From Anolis carolinensis (lineage: Eukaryota), in NCBI RefSeq assembly GCF_035594765.1, contig NC_085842.1:242679747-242743746 (forward strand): a stretch of DNA of 64,000 nt, given 5' to 3'. Numbering within the stretch: position 1 is the first letter of the stretch; the number at the start of each line of letters is the position of its first letter. The notes beneath the pieces were generated by a model, which saw only the letters and a list, made by a program, of their open reading frames with translations, was not told where the DNA came from and searched no databases. Positions 1 through 11,600 of this stretch are shown here, in pieces. The translations under genes and the position numbers were made by a program.

Positions 1-604
1 CAAAGAGCTGAAACTATTTGGGGCAGAGGTTTCACCAACTTGCATGGCTTCATTAAAAGCACACTCAAATCAACGTACACATATGCAGAATAATGAATGA
101 TGCAATGGATGGAAAGCAGGGACTTGGAGAGGGATTAGGAAAACTTTGCTGGGGAGGTTGTGAGTGAGATTTGGGAAGGGGGTTGTGTGTTTTAAAATGC
201 ATTTTAATTGTATGTATTATATTTTAACTGTATTTTTCTCTAGCACACAGAGTACTGTTTAATTTTTTTATTTTTTGTATTTGCTTTGTTTTAAATTGAT
301 CAAATTGTGTAGCTATTAGTGCACCTCGCTCTCCATGCCCAGCCCCCCATTGGACAAGTCACCCTCCGGCAGCTACCACTTTGAGTATGAGGCAGCAGGG
401 GCGGGGGCCCTGCGTGGGAAGCACCACATGGCCTGGGAGTGGCCCTTCCTCGCCCATGGGTCCTCCACCTCCACCCTCAGTGGTGCGGCACTCCTAGAGG
501 ATTGTGCCTTCCGCAACCGCGTAGTTTGCATATGGCATGAGCCGCCCCTGGCTGTTACCTGTCTTGAGTCCCCTCAGGGAAAAAGACAAGATAGTAATAA
601 AGTA

Positions 605-647
<43 letters not shown>
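605..647. repeat. (AAT)n microsatellite, probably the tail of an L2-type 3' end and the target of the adjacent Penelope insertion
   Basis: Perfect aat run; aataataataat recurs at 2167-2178 on the far side of the Penelope element. Confidence 0.95.
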
Positions 648-650
<3 letters not shown>

Positions 651-698
651 TGTTGTGAGTCTTTCAGGCTGTATGGCCATGTTCCAGAAGCTTTCTTT

Positions 699-739
699 CC
701 TGATGTTTCGCCCACATCTGTGGCAAGTATCCTCAGAGG
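699..739 (-). ncRNA. Minimal type I hammerhead ribozyme motif in the Penelope pLTR (partly decayed)
   Basis: Reverse complement reads cct-CTGAGGA-t-acttgc-cacagat-gtgggc-GAAA-ca-TC-agg. Confidence 0.7.
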
Positions 740-1296
740 TTGTGAGGTATGTTGGGAACTAGGCAAGGGAGGTTTATATATCTCTGGAAGGTCCAGAGTG
801 GGAGAAAGAATGCTTGTCTGTTGGAGGCAGGTGTGGATGTTGTAATTAATCACTTTTATTAGCATTTGATGGCCCTGTGGCTTCAAGGCGGGACTTCTTC
901 CTGTCTGGGAGAATCCTTTGTTTGGAGGTGTTAGCTGCCCCTGATTGTTTCATGTCTGGAATTTCTCTGTTTTCAGAATGTTGTTCTTTATTTACTGTTC
1001 TGATTTTAAAGTTTTTTTTAATACTGGTAGGCAGATTTTGTTCATTTTCATGGCTTTCTGATGAAATTGTCCACATGTTTGTGGATTTCAGTGGCTTCTC
1101 TGTGTAGTCTGATGTGGTATTTGTTAGAGTGGTCCAGCATTTCTGTGTTCTCAAATAATATGCTGTGACCAGGTTGGTTCCTCAAGTGCTCTGCTATGGC
1201 TGACTTCTCTGGTTGGATTAGTCTGCAGTGCCTTTCAGGTTCCTTGATTTCTGTCTGGGCAATGCTGCTGCATTTGGTGGTCCCTATGGAGACTTG

Positions 1297-1625
1297 GGGG
1301 CCCCTGGTGGCACAGTGCGTTAAAGCGCTGAGCTGCTGAACTTGCGGACCAAAAGGTGCCAGGTTCAAATCCCGGGAGCGGAATGAGTACCCGCTGTTAG
1401 CCCCAGCTCCTGCCAACCTAGCAGTTCAAAAACATGCAAATGTGAGTAGATCAATAGGTACCGCTCCGGCGGGAAGGTAACGGCGCTCCATGCAGTCATG
1501 CCAGCCACATGACCTTGGAGGTGTCCATGGACAACGCCGGCTCTTCGGCTTAGAAATGGAGATGAGCACCAACTCCCAGAGTCAGTCACGACTGGACTTA
1601 ATGTCAGGGGAAACCCTTTACCTTT
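1297..1625 (+). mobile_element. Sauria SINE, full length
   Basis: tRNA-like head (tggcacagtg, ggttcaaatcc), typical body, acctttacc tail; 12-bp TSD tatggagacttg at 1285-1296 and 1626-1637. Confidence 0.95.
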
Positions 1626-1834
1626 TATGGAGACTTGTCCACAGCTGCCTGGTATACGGTAGAGTCCTGCAGAGGTGAGAGGATCCCTCTTGTCCTTTGC
1701 TAAACGTAGCATTTGTTGGATTTTATCAGTGGGTCTGTAGATAGTTTGTAGGTTGTGTTTCTTCATCAGTTTCCCTATGCAGTCAATGGTTCCCTTGATG
1801 TATAATAAGAACACTTTTCCTCAGGGTAAGAACA

Positions 1835-2166
1835 CAATCAGGGAGAGCTGACACCTCCAAACAAAGGAATATCCCAGACAGGAAGAAGCCAGGCCTTGAG
1901 GTCACAGGGCCATCAAATGCTAATCAAAGTGATTAATTACAACATCCACACCTGCCTCCAACAGACAAGAGTTCTTTCTCCCACCCTGTACCTTACACAG
2001 GTATATAAACCTCCCTTGCCTAGTTTCCAATAGACCTTACAACCTCTGAGGATGCCTGCCATAGATGTGGGCGTAATGTCAGGAGAGAAAGCTTCTGGAA
2101 CATGCCCATACAGCCTGAAAGACTCACAACAACCCAGTGATTCTGGCCATGAAAGCCTTCAACAAC
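1835..2166 (+). mobile_element. Inverted pseudo-LTR of the same Penelope insertion
   Basis: Reverse complement of about 648-950; hammerhead core at 2043-2083 has GAAA mutated to GTAA. Confidence 0.88.
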
Positions 2167-3304
2167 AATAATAATAATATCCAATAAAATCCCAAAACTG
2201 GAAATCAGTTGGTAATTATATCTTCATATCTTTCTACATAAAAGCAAGTTGCAGATCTAGGTTCATAATATAGCTGAACAACACTGACAGTTTAATGCTA
2301 CTATTAGTCTAAATTAGAATAGATTTATTGAATCAAGGAGCTTTACTTACCTTTCCATTCACTATCCAATTAATCTTCTTTAGATGAGACTAATCAATAG
2401 GATTCAGGCCAATAGGAATCATTAAAAGTGTTATGGCTTCAACCGTGCATCTGACCTCATCAGATGGGTGGAAGGAAAGCGGGGGGGGGGGGGGGGCGGA
2501 GGAAAGTGGAAGGAACCATCTTACATGGTTCCTTCCTGTCTTTCCCCGTTTTCCTTAAATTAACAATTTTAAATGTAATTCTTATCTTCATCATTTGCAA
2601 TAATTCAGAGGCAAGGCTTTCATAACAAGTGAGGAGAGGGGGGTTAAACAGGAGAAGCGGAATTCCCTCATGGCAGATACAAAATTTAGAGAGACAACAT
2701 TGTTATTGAAGAAGCCATTGTTCACAAGCTGAAGTGATGTATTGTGTTTCAGGTTAAAGTCAGGAGTATCAAATTAATGGCCAGAAATGAAAGCCTATCA
2801 CTTTTTGTCTGATATGTTGTTATTTACCCTAACCAGTAATTTATTTTCAGAGGAGCTGACTCACTAAAAAACAAAAAGCATGCCAAGTTCATGCAGTCTG
2901 TTGGAGAGCTGGACCAGGAGAGACAAACCAGCAATGCTTCATTTGTCAGGTCACCTAAATGGAGATGATGGACAGAGTTTTGGAAAAGATTGTTTCCTCG
3001 TCCCCTGCTCTCAACCGGTCACTAAATAGCTTTGAGGAATCACTCCTACAATTAAAATTTGGCTTTAAGTAGGATTTTGGTCACTGCACAAGGCTGGTAC
3101 AGAGTTGAGTATTCTGCAATGACCAAAACAGTTACTTGCAATGGCATATATTAGTCTATTGTAAGTCAGCAACAGGAAGACAGCCAAATGTTTTAGACTG
3201 GACAGTCATTCTCTATTCTTTATAGGCTGGTAAGGAAAAGTAATAACAAAATAAGTAATAAACCTGCCCTTCTGTCTCCATATTGCACAACACAGGCCCA
3301 AGTC

Positions 3305-3350
<46 letters not shown>

Positions 3351-3490
3351 GTGCCTTCAAGTAGCTTCCAACTTATGGCAACCATACAGTAAACCTATCA
3401 ATAGGTTTTCTGGGCAAGGGTTGCTCAGAGGAGCGTTATCTTTGCCTTTCTCTGAAACTGAGAGTGTGACTTGCTCAAGGTCACCCAATT
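3305..3490 (-). mobile_element. tRNA/MIR-like squamate SINE, 3' part with (CAA)n tail
   Basis: (GTT)n followed by gtgccttcaag...gagtgtgacttgctcaaggtcaccca; homologous to 5005-5150, 22143-22352 and 23032-23215. Confidence 0.75.
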
Positions 3491-3519
3491 ATTCCTCATT
3501 GCCCATGCTGGGCCTGCCT

Positions 3520-3795
3520 TCCTAATGTTTCGCCCACATCTGTTGGAAAACTAGGTAAGTGGGGTTTGTACATCCGTGGAATAATGTCCAGCGTGGGAGA
3601 AAGAACTCTTGTCTGCTTGAGGCAAGTGTGGATGTTGCAGTTGGCAACCTTGATTAGCTTTGAATGGCCTTGCAGCTTCAAAGCCTGGCTGCTTCCTGCC
3701 TGGGGGGATCCTTTGTTGGGAGGTGTTAGCTGGCCCTGATTGTTTCATGTCTGGAATTCCCCTGTTTTTGAGTGTTTTTTTACTGTCCTGATTTT
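3520..3795 (-). mobile_element. Penelope pLTR fragment with the hammerhead half-deleted
   Basis: Collinear with about 700-1010. Confidence 0.85.
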
Positions 3796-4405
3796 ATTTA
3801 TTTATTTCCCATATTTGTGTCCTGCCCTTCTCACCCTGAAGGTTTGGGGGGGGCGACAAAATTCTGTTCGCTTACACTTGAAAATTACATTGGGCCGGCT
3901 CTGTCTATATCCTTCAAAGGAAATTTTTTAATTATTTCCTTTTATTATGACAGACCTGGAGCTTTTCTTACATTTTTTAAAATCACCATTTGAGATTGCT
4001 GTGAACTTGATACATCTTGATTTCTTCTATTTCCATGCAAATCCAGCCTTTAACAGTTGCTGTTCTGCCACCCCAAAGCTGTCTTCACTAGGAAATATTC
4101 TTTCTTAGCATACAAGTGTTTTGCATTGTTGTTGTTTCATTCTTTTCAGTTTTGCATTGGCAGTGAAAAGCTGGCAGCTAACCCATCATGCTGATTCAAC
4201 TCAAAATGATAGTTCAAATAATAGGTCATCATTTTTTTTAAAAAAGCTTCTGGCAATTATATCACAAGATGAGAATTTAAATTGTATTCATCAAAGCAAA
4301 CATGTATGTCGGGGAATATTTCCTCACTTTCCACACAACAAGGAAATTTGCAGTGCGTTTACAGTACTTCAGAGGATATAAATAAATCTGCACATGTTGA
4401 ATTGA

Positions 4406-4860
4406 GGCCCCTTCTACACTGCCATATAAAATCCAGATTATCTGCTTTGAACTGGATTATATGACAGTGTAAAAGGTTTCCCCTGACGTAAGTCCAGTCA
4501 TGTCTGACTCTGGGGGTTGGTGCTCATCTCCATTTCTTAGCCGAAGAGCTGGCATTGTCCATAGACACCTCCAAGGTCATGTGGCCAGCATGACTGCATG
4601 GAGTGCCGTTACCTTCCTGCCGGAGTGGTACCTATTAATCTACTCACATTGGCATGTTTTCGAACTGCTACGTTGGCAGAAGCTGGAGCTACCAGCAACC
4701 GCTGACGCCGCTCCCGGGATTTGAACCTGTGACCTTTCGGTCTGCAAGTTTAGCAGCTCAGTGCTTTAACACACTTCACCACCGGGGCTCCTATATGGCA
4801 GTGTACACTCATATAATTCAAAACAGATAATCTGGTTTATATGGCAATGTAGAGGGGGCC
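4406..4860. mobile_element. PIF/Harbinger-like MITE split by a Sauria SINE
   Basis: TIRs ggccccttctacactgccatataa and ttatatggcaatgtagagggggcc; same family as 36243-36458 and 36532-36678. Confidence 0.8.
4472..4791 (-). mobile_element. Sauria SINE
   Basis: Reverse complement of 1297-1625; TSD tatatg(a/g)cagtgta at 4458-4471 and 4792-4805. Confidence 0.95.
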
Positions 4861-5004
4861 ATAGACAGATCTAGCAAGTCAGTAAGAAAACCAGAGATTT
4901 TGCCCATATGAGAAAAGGGAGATGTGGAAGTGGCAAAAGCATTGTAAAGACAATAAAAGGAGATGTGAGGCAACCTACATTTTCTGACCTTTGACATTTT
5001 TTGT

Positions 5005-5365
5005 GTTTTCACGTTATTTCCAATTTATGGAAACCCTAAGGCAAACCTATTGCTAGGTTTTCATGTCAGGATTTGTTCAGAGAGAGTATGTCTTTCCCTT
5101 CCTCTGAGGCTGAGAGAGTGTGATTTGCTTAAGTCCAAGTGGATTTCTATGAGCCCTTACACACAGTCATATAACTCAGAATATCAAGGCAGGAAATACC
5201 ACAATATCTGCTTTGAAGTGGGTTATCTAAGTCCACACTGCCATATATTTCAGTTCAAAGAAGATATTGTAGGATTTCCTGCCTTGATATTCTGGGTTAT
5301 ATGGCTGTGTAGAAGAGCTCTATGACTGTAAAAGAATGTGAACTCTGTTCTACAGCGTCATAGAG
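5005..5365 (-). mobile_element. tRNA/MIR-like squamate SINE split by a MITE
   Basis: 5005-5150 matches 3350-3490; decayed homology resumes after 5321. Confidence 0.65.
5151..5320. mobile_element. Harbinger-like palindromic MITE
   Basis: TIRs gagcccttacacacagtcatataactcagaatatcaaggcagg and cctgccttgatattctgggttatatggctgtgtagaagagctc; tat on both flanks. Confidence 0.8.
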
Positions 5366-7745
5366 GCAGTTTCAAAACAAGACATATGCATGAGCATGGT
5401 TTGCTATTGAAAACATTGCTGGGGGCACAACATGGACAAGTACCTTTATATCTCCTAGTGAAAGATCCATGTTGAATTGTAACTCAGAGCAATTGGACTG
5501 TAAATATAAACAAAATTTGCAGTGGATTTTCAAAATTCTTAAACACAGCAAGTTCCAAAATTTAGCTATTCGTATTCTACACATCTTAAAGCAGCTGAAA
5601 ATTCTGGACCTAGGCTCAACATGAACAAGCCATTGCATCCGCTATTATAAAATCAGGGATTAATGGGTACTTCCATTCAGAGACTGATATGTCACAGACA
5701 AAACCAAGGTTCTTTGGTTCCTTTGCAATCTGATGCCCTAAAACAGCTGACATAGATGGAGATTTCCAACTGCTCATAGCAAGTAGGCTGATCTGGTCTG
5801 GGAACAGCCAAGTAAGCCTTCCTGGCTCCATTTCATGTATTTGCTGCTTTTCAGTGCGTTCCAAAAAGCTTACCCCTTCGATTCAGCTTTAGTTATAATG
5901 TTGAGAGCTTACACACGGAAACAATACTCTCTAGCCCAGCTTATCTCATGATTTTATTTATTGGGCTGGCAAAACTACACAGTCTTAAACTTCCTAAAAA
6001 GATATTGTTGCAGTTACATTTAAAAACCTTTTCCCCAATAGAAAGTGCATTTGGAATCCATGGGTCCCATAATAGAATACACATAGAATTTTTATTTTCA
6101 TTTTGTTACACTGAAAAAAAAACCCTTCAAAACCAATAGAAAAAATGTTCAAAAATAAATAAGCTTTAAATTTCTGCAAGTTAATTCATTCCATATTTAA
6201 ATAATATTTCCCAAAATATGTTTTATTAATGGTACATTTCTTAAGCCCTTTCTGTCATACTTAAAACAATGTAGTCAGTTCACAGAGGTTGGTAAGACTG
6301 TGACAAAGTGCTCGATGCTTGCAAAAATTCTATGCATGTTGACTTGCATTTGTGTGCAAATACAGAACATGAGATGAAATATAATTATATATAATATATA
6401 ATATATAATATTTTCCCTCACAGAAAGAAATTTCTTTAGAGATACATTCCTCAGCAATCAGACTTGTAAACAATGTCCAAAATCCTGCATGAGTGATGTG
6501 TCTATGATGACATATAGGTGTTTTTCATCTCCTGATTTTACCCACTACCCCTTTAGAAGTTAGGCAGCCACATCAACCAAGAAGTTCTGAGTTCATCACA
6601 ACCACATTTCATTGGTGGCAAAGGACTGAGTGAATACACCATCCTCTAAGTACCCTACACTGCAGCACCTCAGGAACTCTTCAGTTGGTATGGTTGCCTG
6701 GCTTCTAAGGTGGGTTTTGGTGGGCATTTGCAGTTTGGGCAATGATGTAATGACTGTGTGGGGGAGCATCCACCACACAGCTTCCCCCCATTGTTGCAAA
6801 GGCAACACGGAAAGCCTCCCATGTTGCCGTGGCAGTGACATATGCCACTTGCTCTCCCCTTTTGCCATAGAGCCCCACTGGAAGTAGATGTACACCATAC
6901 AATGGATTCCATGGTAAAAGAAGAGAACAAGCGGTGTGTGACGGGCAAATCAGCCCACATGATATGGTTGTAAATAGGAATGGCAAAATATTTGAAATTG
7001 TAATTCTAGTTTATGGCATTGTAAATATTGAAAAGAATGCCAGACAATCTCAGTACTCACTATCAAGTGATCACTCAAACAATAAAACATGCTAAATGCT
7101 TGTATGTAAGGTCTGTAAATGAAACGGACATCCTGAGGAAGCACCTCTTCTAAAACATGTTGAACATATTATCTGTGTAGGCAATTAATTTTAGGAAGAG
7201 GTCTTGCAGATTAGACACTAGTTCGTGAAAGTACTAGCATGCCTCCTGGCTGAGAAGAAGGAATTTGTTCTGACAGCCTAAGCAATCCAAAGGAGGCCAT
7301 ACAATTTCAGTGTTGATATTGAGCACCAAGATCTGATGCTCTTTCCTCCTGGGCAACCTGCTACTGATGGTTGTTATCAGACTCTTTCTCTTTGCCTGCA
7401 TTCTTCTCTGTTATCTCCACTACTTCAATTAAATGCTGACTTAAGTTGGAGAAGGAGGTATGTTGGCTTTTGAAAACACACAAATGAGATAATCTGATCA
7501 GTTTAAGACCTATATCAGCTATAGCCAATATCATAAGTGAATCAAAAAGACTGGATTTTTTCCCCACTACCTCTGCTAAGTTTGACTAACATGATCATTT
7601 CCCAAGACATGATAAATGATAATCTTATCCTATATGGAGGATGCACTCATAAAGGCAAGGAGCATGACTTGATCTGGATAGAGGCATAGTTTTGAGGATG
7701 TATTGATCCAACAGCCTAAATAAAAGGGGAAATGTTACCAAATAC

Positions 7746-7945
7746 TCATAGAATCATAGAATCATAGAATCGTAGAGTTGAAAGAGACCTCACGGGCCAT
7801 CCAGTCCAATCCCCTGCAAGAAGCAGGAAAATCTCATTCAAAGCACCCCCGACAAGTGGCCATCCAGCCTCTGCTTAAAAGCCTCCAAAGAAGGAGCCTC
7901 CAACACAGTCTGGGGCAGAGAGTTCCACTGCCGAACAGCTCTCAC
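7746..7945 (-). mobile_element. CR1 LINE 3' end
   Basis: (tcatagaa)-type heptamer tail repeats; nearly identical to 39642-39840. Confidence 0.9.
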
Positions 7946-8019
7946 AACAACAGTTCTACATTGATAGATGGTAGTCATGTCTCAGTCATCTATGGTTATA
8001 CTTTATTCTACTCACTTAC

Positions 8020-8300
8020 GATGCAAGGTCCAAGAAAGACTCCAGGAGGCACCATGACATCATACTTACTAGAAAGAAATGATGCTGCTACAGAAGGGCT
8101 GGTCAATGGAAATGTAATCGACAGAAACAAGAATGTCTACCTTGCCAGAAAAACTGGCAAATACCACAAACATAGTGAAGGCCATTATAATCCCTTTGAG
8201 TATTCCTTTGGAGGAGTGGAAGGGGAAACCCAAAAGAAAGGAGCTATGTTGAGTTCAGAAGGAAGAAAAAAAAAACTGAAGAGGAACTGCAGTTACCAGG
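8020..8300 (+). mobile_element. Possible highly decayed RTE/BovB-type reverse transcriptase fragment
   Basis: KTPG...LL, CQKNW and xKKG pieces in shifting frames resemble the KSPG..LCQKIW..PKKG region of RTE ORFs. Confidence 0.35.
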
Positions 8301-8850
8301 GCTGAGGAGCAGGCTCATTTCACATTGAGTAAAGTAATGGTGTTGTGGTTGGACTAGGACTCTGAAGAACAAGAGTTCAAATACTGATTAGTAGTGGAAA
8401 CACACTGGTTGACCTTGGGCAAGTTATAGTATCTGGCCCCAATGTTCACGCTGTCTAGTGCCACCAAACGCCATACAACTTGGAGACAGAAGGGGCGTTC
8501 CCAGTCTCCTTCCACTTTCCCCTCTTCAAGTCATGTGGGTACTGTTACTGACATTGGCAAAGGCTCTGAGTGATGACCAGGAGCTCTATGGCCTCAGCTA
8601 TGGCAACTATAAACAACACAGATAAGGGTGGCAGTCTAGTGAGTCCAAAATATATTCAACCCCACTGAATAATCTGGGCTTGATCCTACTGCTCCTCCAG
8701 TGGCCCTGAGAATAAGAATAATCATGACAGACTGGAAGCACAGGCAAATTCATAAACAGAATAATATGTTGTTGAAGGTTTTCATGGCCAGAATCACTGA
8801 GTTGTTGTGCATTTTCTGGGCTGTATAGCCATGTTCCAGAAGCATTTTCT

Positions 8851-8891
8851 CCCGACGTTTCACCTACATCTATGGCAGGCATCCTCAGAGG
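8851..8891 (-). ncRNA. Minimal hammerhead ribozyme with intact core and GUC cleavage triplet
   Basis: Reverse complement reads cct-CTGAGGA-t-gcctgc-catagat-gtaggt-GAAA-cg-TC-ggg; palindromic ACGU stem III. Confidence 0.75.
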
Positions 8892-8915
8892 TTGTGAGAT
8901 ATATAGATTTCACAA

Positions 8916-8956
8916 CCTCTGAGGATGCTTGCCATAGATCTGGGTGAAATGTCAGG
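8916..8956 (+). ncRNA. Minimal hammerhead ribozyme motif with weakened stems
   Basis: cct-CTGAGGA-t-gcttgc-catagat-ctgggt-GAAA-tg-TC-agg. Confidence 0.65.
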
Positions 8957-9176
8957 AGAGGATGCTTCTGGAACATGGCCATACAACAGAATAATAGTTA
9001 CAGTGGATCACATTATGTCTCGGATAGTACAATGTTTTTCTTATCATAACACAGAAGTAAAAAAAAAGAGAAGCTAGGTACACCTCAGCATTCTAGGACA
9101 GCTGTTATTTATTTGTAAGATGCATCAGCAGTCTTTTTTGTTAAAGAGCAGGGTATACATACTAGAAAGAAACAAA

Positions 9177-9211
9177 TCATCATCATCGTCATCATCACCA
9201 TCATCATCATC
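9177..9211. repeat. (CAT)n imperfect microsatellite
   Basis: Directly visible. Confidence 0.85.
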
Positions 9212-9631
9212 AGAGTTATTCTCTGGTTTTTATGGACAGATTACCCACTGGAAATATAGTCAAATTAGCCATGTTTGTTAGACTCTAGAACTCATTAAAT
9301 CATATTTCAGCATAATTTGCAGGCAAAACTCATGCTATGCAGTGCTCATATGTATACTCTGTTCATGCCAAAACTAAAGATAAACTGCATTCATGGAAGA
9401 CACTTGTGTAATTTTCAGCCCACATGAATCAAACATACTAATGAGTTCAGCTGTGTTATGAATATTTATCTAATGAAATGGCCTATACAGATATTTAACC
9501 TGGTTTAAAATGACAAATTCTTCCAAATATCCAAATGATCCATTAATCACTTCTATTTACCATTTTTGAAAGACTGGAATAACAAGACTACAATATCCTA
9601 GATTAGAAAACCAACTAAAATGTATTCTAGT

Positions 9632-9862
9632 AGTATGACCCCTCTTACCTACAAATTTGATACCCACAGTTTCACTTACCGCCACTCCAAAATCATTCCC
9701 TCTCCCAGAAGTGTTTGTGGGTTTCTCTAGGTCCTCCAGTGTAGTGCTATGTTGTTCTTCTGGCCAAGTATAGACAAAATATAGGATTCGCCATTATGCA
9801 TGGTTTCAGGTATCCACTATGTCTGTGTGCGTCCTTAGAATATATCACCTGTGGACAGCTGT
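9632..9862. mobile_element. Decayed Tigger/MER2-like non-autonomous DNA transposon
   Basis: Shares ctctaggtcctccagtg with 13672-13689; ggtttcaggtatccac...ctgta right end. Confidence 0.5.
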
Positions 9863-10971
9863 ATGTTCAAAACAGCATTTGCCATTAGGATCCCATGAGT
9901 ATGGAGCATGGCTACAACAAAATATCTGGAGGATGCCCTTTCGTGAAACATCAATAGTATTAAAATGAAATGGACCCCATAAATCAGCTGGGTGCTCAGT
10001 GATTATGTAGAAAACAACCAAAATGTACCTAAACTCAAAGAATCAGAATTGTCAGTATTTGTCCATCCCTAATACCAGGTAGTTTCATCTCCAGCAATCC
10101 TTATCTGAGGCAAACTACTGGTACAATGAGCTGTTTGGCAGTGAGCATGTTTGTAGCCTACCCTATGTTTGGTAATAGCTGCCGTAATTTCCTCAATCTG
10201 TTACACCGACTGCTTTTTTTGGCTGGAAGCCCAACAGTTACAGGCTAGAGATCAGAAAGGACTGTGAAAAAATGGAGGTTAATTGAAGTACACAGTTCAT
10301 CAAAATGAGCTGGCTTTTGTTCTGTGACAGCCTGTGAGGAGTTCTGTGATACAGTGCAAACAGCTACAAGCCAGAATCCAATTGCTAGTTCCAACTAGCA
10401 TATTCTCATTAAATCAAATATTGAATGGTGAGTCAACACATTGGTAAACCCCACTAATTCATAGGATCTATTCTGGTTAGTACTACCTGTTGTCGAACGA
10501 GGTACCTCCCCCCAGAAATTTATAGTTCACCTAGGACACCTAAACAAAATGACATGAAATGATTTCTTCTCCTTCTGCGCCTCCCGTGATGGACCAGCAG
10601 CAAACCCCTTTCAGATGCTTATTTGTAATTTTATATTTATTTTCCTAAAACTCCATAAACATGTACTGATTCATACTAGCACATGTATGGACCAAGTCTG
10701 CAGCAGCGGATTTCTTGCAGAGGCAACATCTCCAACTTTTTTGAATAAAATGTATCTTTCTCAGTTGCTCCTGCCTATAGTGTATCCTCTTCCTGCAGCC
10801 TTTTGGCCACATTATATCTTTTCGTATTATCCTATCCCTCCCTATATCCTTGTATTAACTAAATATGATTTTTGCCAAAAGCAGCCATGAGCCATCACCT
10901 CCCATTGACCTCACAGAGGAATTTCCTGGACATTTGGGTTGGGCTAAACTTTTGAACAAAAGTGGTCATCT

Positions 10972-11600
10972 AAGGGCAGTTCCACACATACAGTTATCCT
11001 GGAAACATTCGCGTTTTTAAAATGCTAATGTTCCCAGGTCCCCATCCACACACACCCCAGAAAGTGCATGCTTTCTGGGGTGGGTATCCAGATGTTATCC
11101 CGGAATTCCTGGAAGAACACCCAGACAATGTCACCTCCTCCCCAAAAGCTGCCCAAACCTCTTTGAAAAGTAAGAAAAAACTTACTGCCTCCATTAATGG
11201 TCTGACAGCTCTCCTGGCGCGTAGCAATGACATGCCAGGAGAGTGGGGGGAAAGCTGTCAGACCACTAATAGAGGCCCAGTAAGTTTTGATTTTTCAAAG
11301 TGGTTTGGGTGGTTTTTGGCAGGAGGTAGGTGTCCTCGTAGTTTTCCGGACTAATTTAGCCTTGGAAACTGCAGGACAGCTGTCTGGACTGCAGTCCAGA
11401 CAACGGAAGTAGTGGGTTTATCCTGCACCTTCCTGGAAGGCACGAAATAAACCCACTATCAAATTAATTTGCCACAAACCAGGGATTTCATGGTTTGTGG
11501 AGAATTAATTTGTGGTTTCCATAAACATTGTCTGGACACCCCCTTTTTGATGTGGGAAGTCCCGCATTAAAAGGGGACTCACTGTGTGAGAGAGTGTGTA
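10972..11600. mobile_element. Old palindromic non-autonomous DNA element (Harbinger-like left end); right boundary uncertain
   Basis: gggcagttccacac left end after taa; about 200-bp imperfect palindrome at 11133-11328. Confidence 0.5.

Larger units (their letters stand above)
648..1823 (-). mobile_element. 5'-truncated Penelope-like retroelement (GIY-YIG endonuclease C-terminus plus pseudo-LTR), interrupted by a Sauria SINE
   Basis: Minus-strand translation GLYRIPGSCGQVSI|GTTK...RHCRLIQPEKSAIAEHL...LHREATEIHKH; pLTR with hammerhead core at 699-739. Confidence 0.9.
8767..8984. mobile_element. Miniature inverted (hairpin) Penelope pLTR insertion
   Basis: Arms about 8823-8897 and 8910-8984; 12-bp TSD aacagaataata at 8755-8766 and 8985-8996. 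Confidence 0.9.

Noticed and set aside
335-658. 107-aa ORF with poly-Asn, and other poly-I/L/V/CV ORFs
   Set aside because: Homopolymers come from microsatellites; the GC-rich part looks like a decayed hAT-like insert ending gagccgcccctg at 550.
1297-1380. tRNA-like A/B boxes
   Set aside because: SINE heads, not tRNA genes; no complete cloverleaf.
1365-1814. Recurring WSAVTFPPERYLLIYSH ORFs (also at 4500, 12158, 13361, 30341)
   Set aside because: Antisense translations of Sauria SINE copies, not a gene family.
7778-8305. 175-aa ORF
   Set aside because: Starts in antisense CR1 and runs into decayed repeat-like sequence; a chimeric chance ORF.
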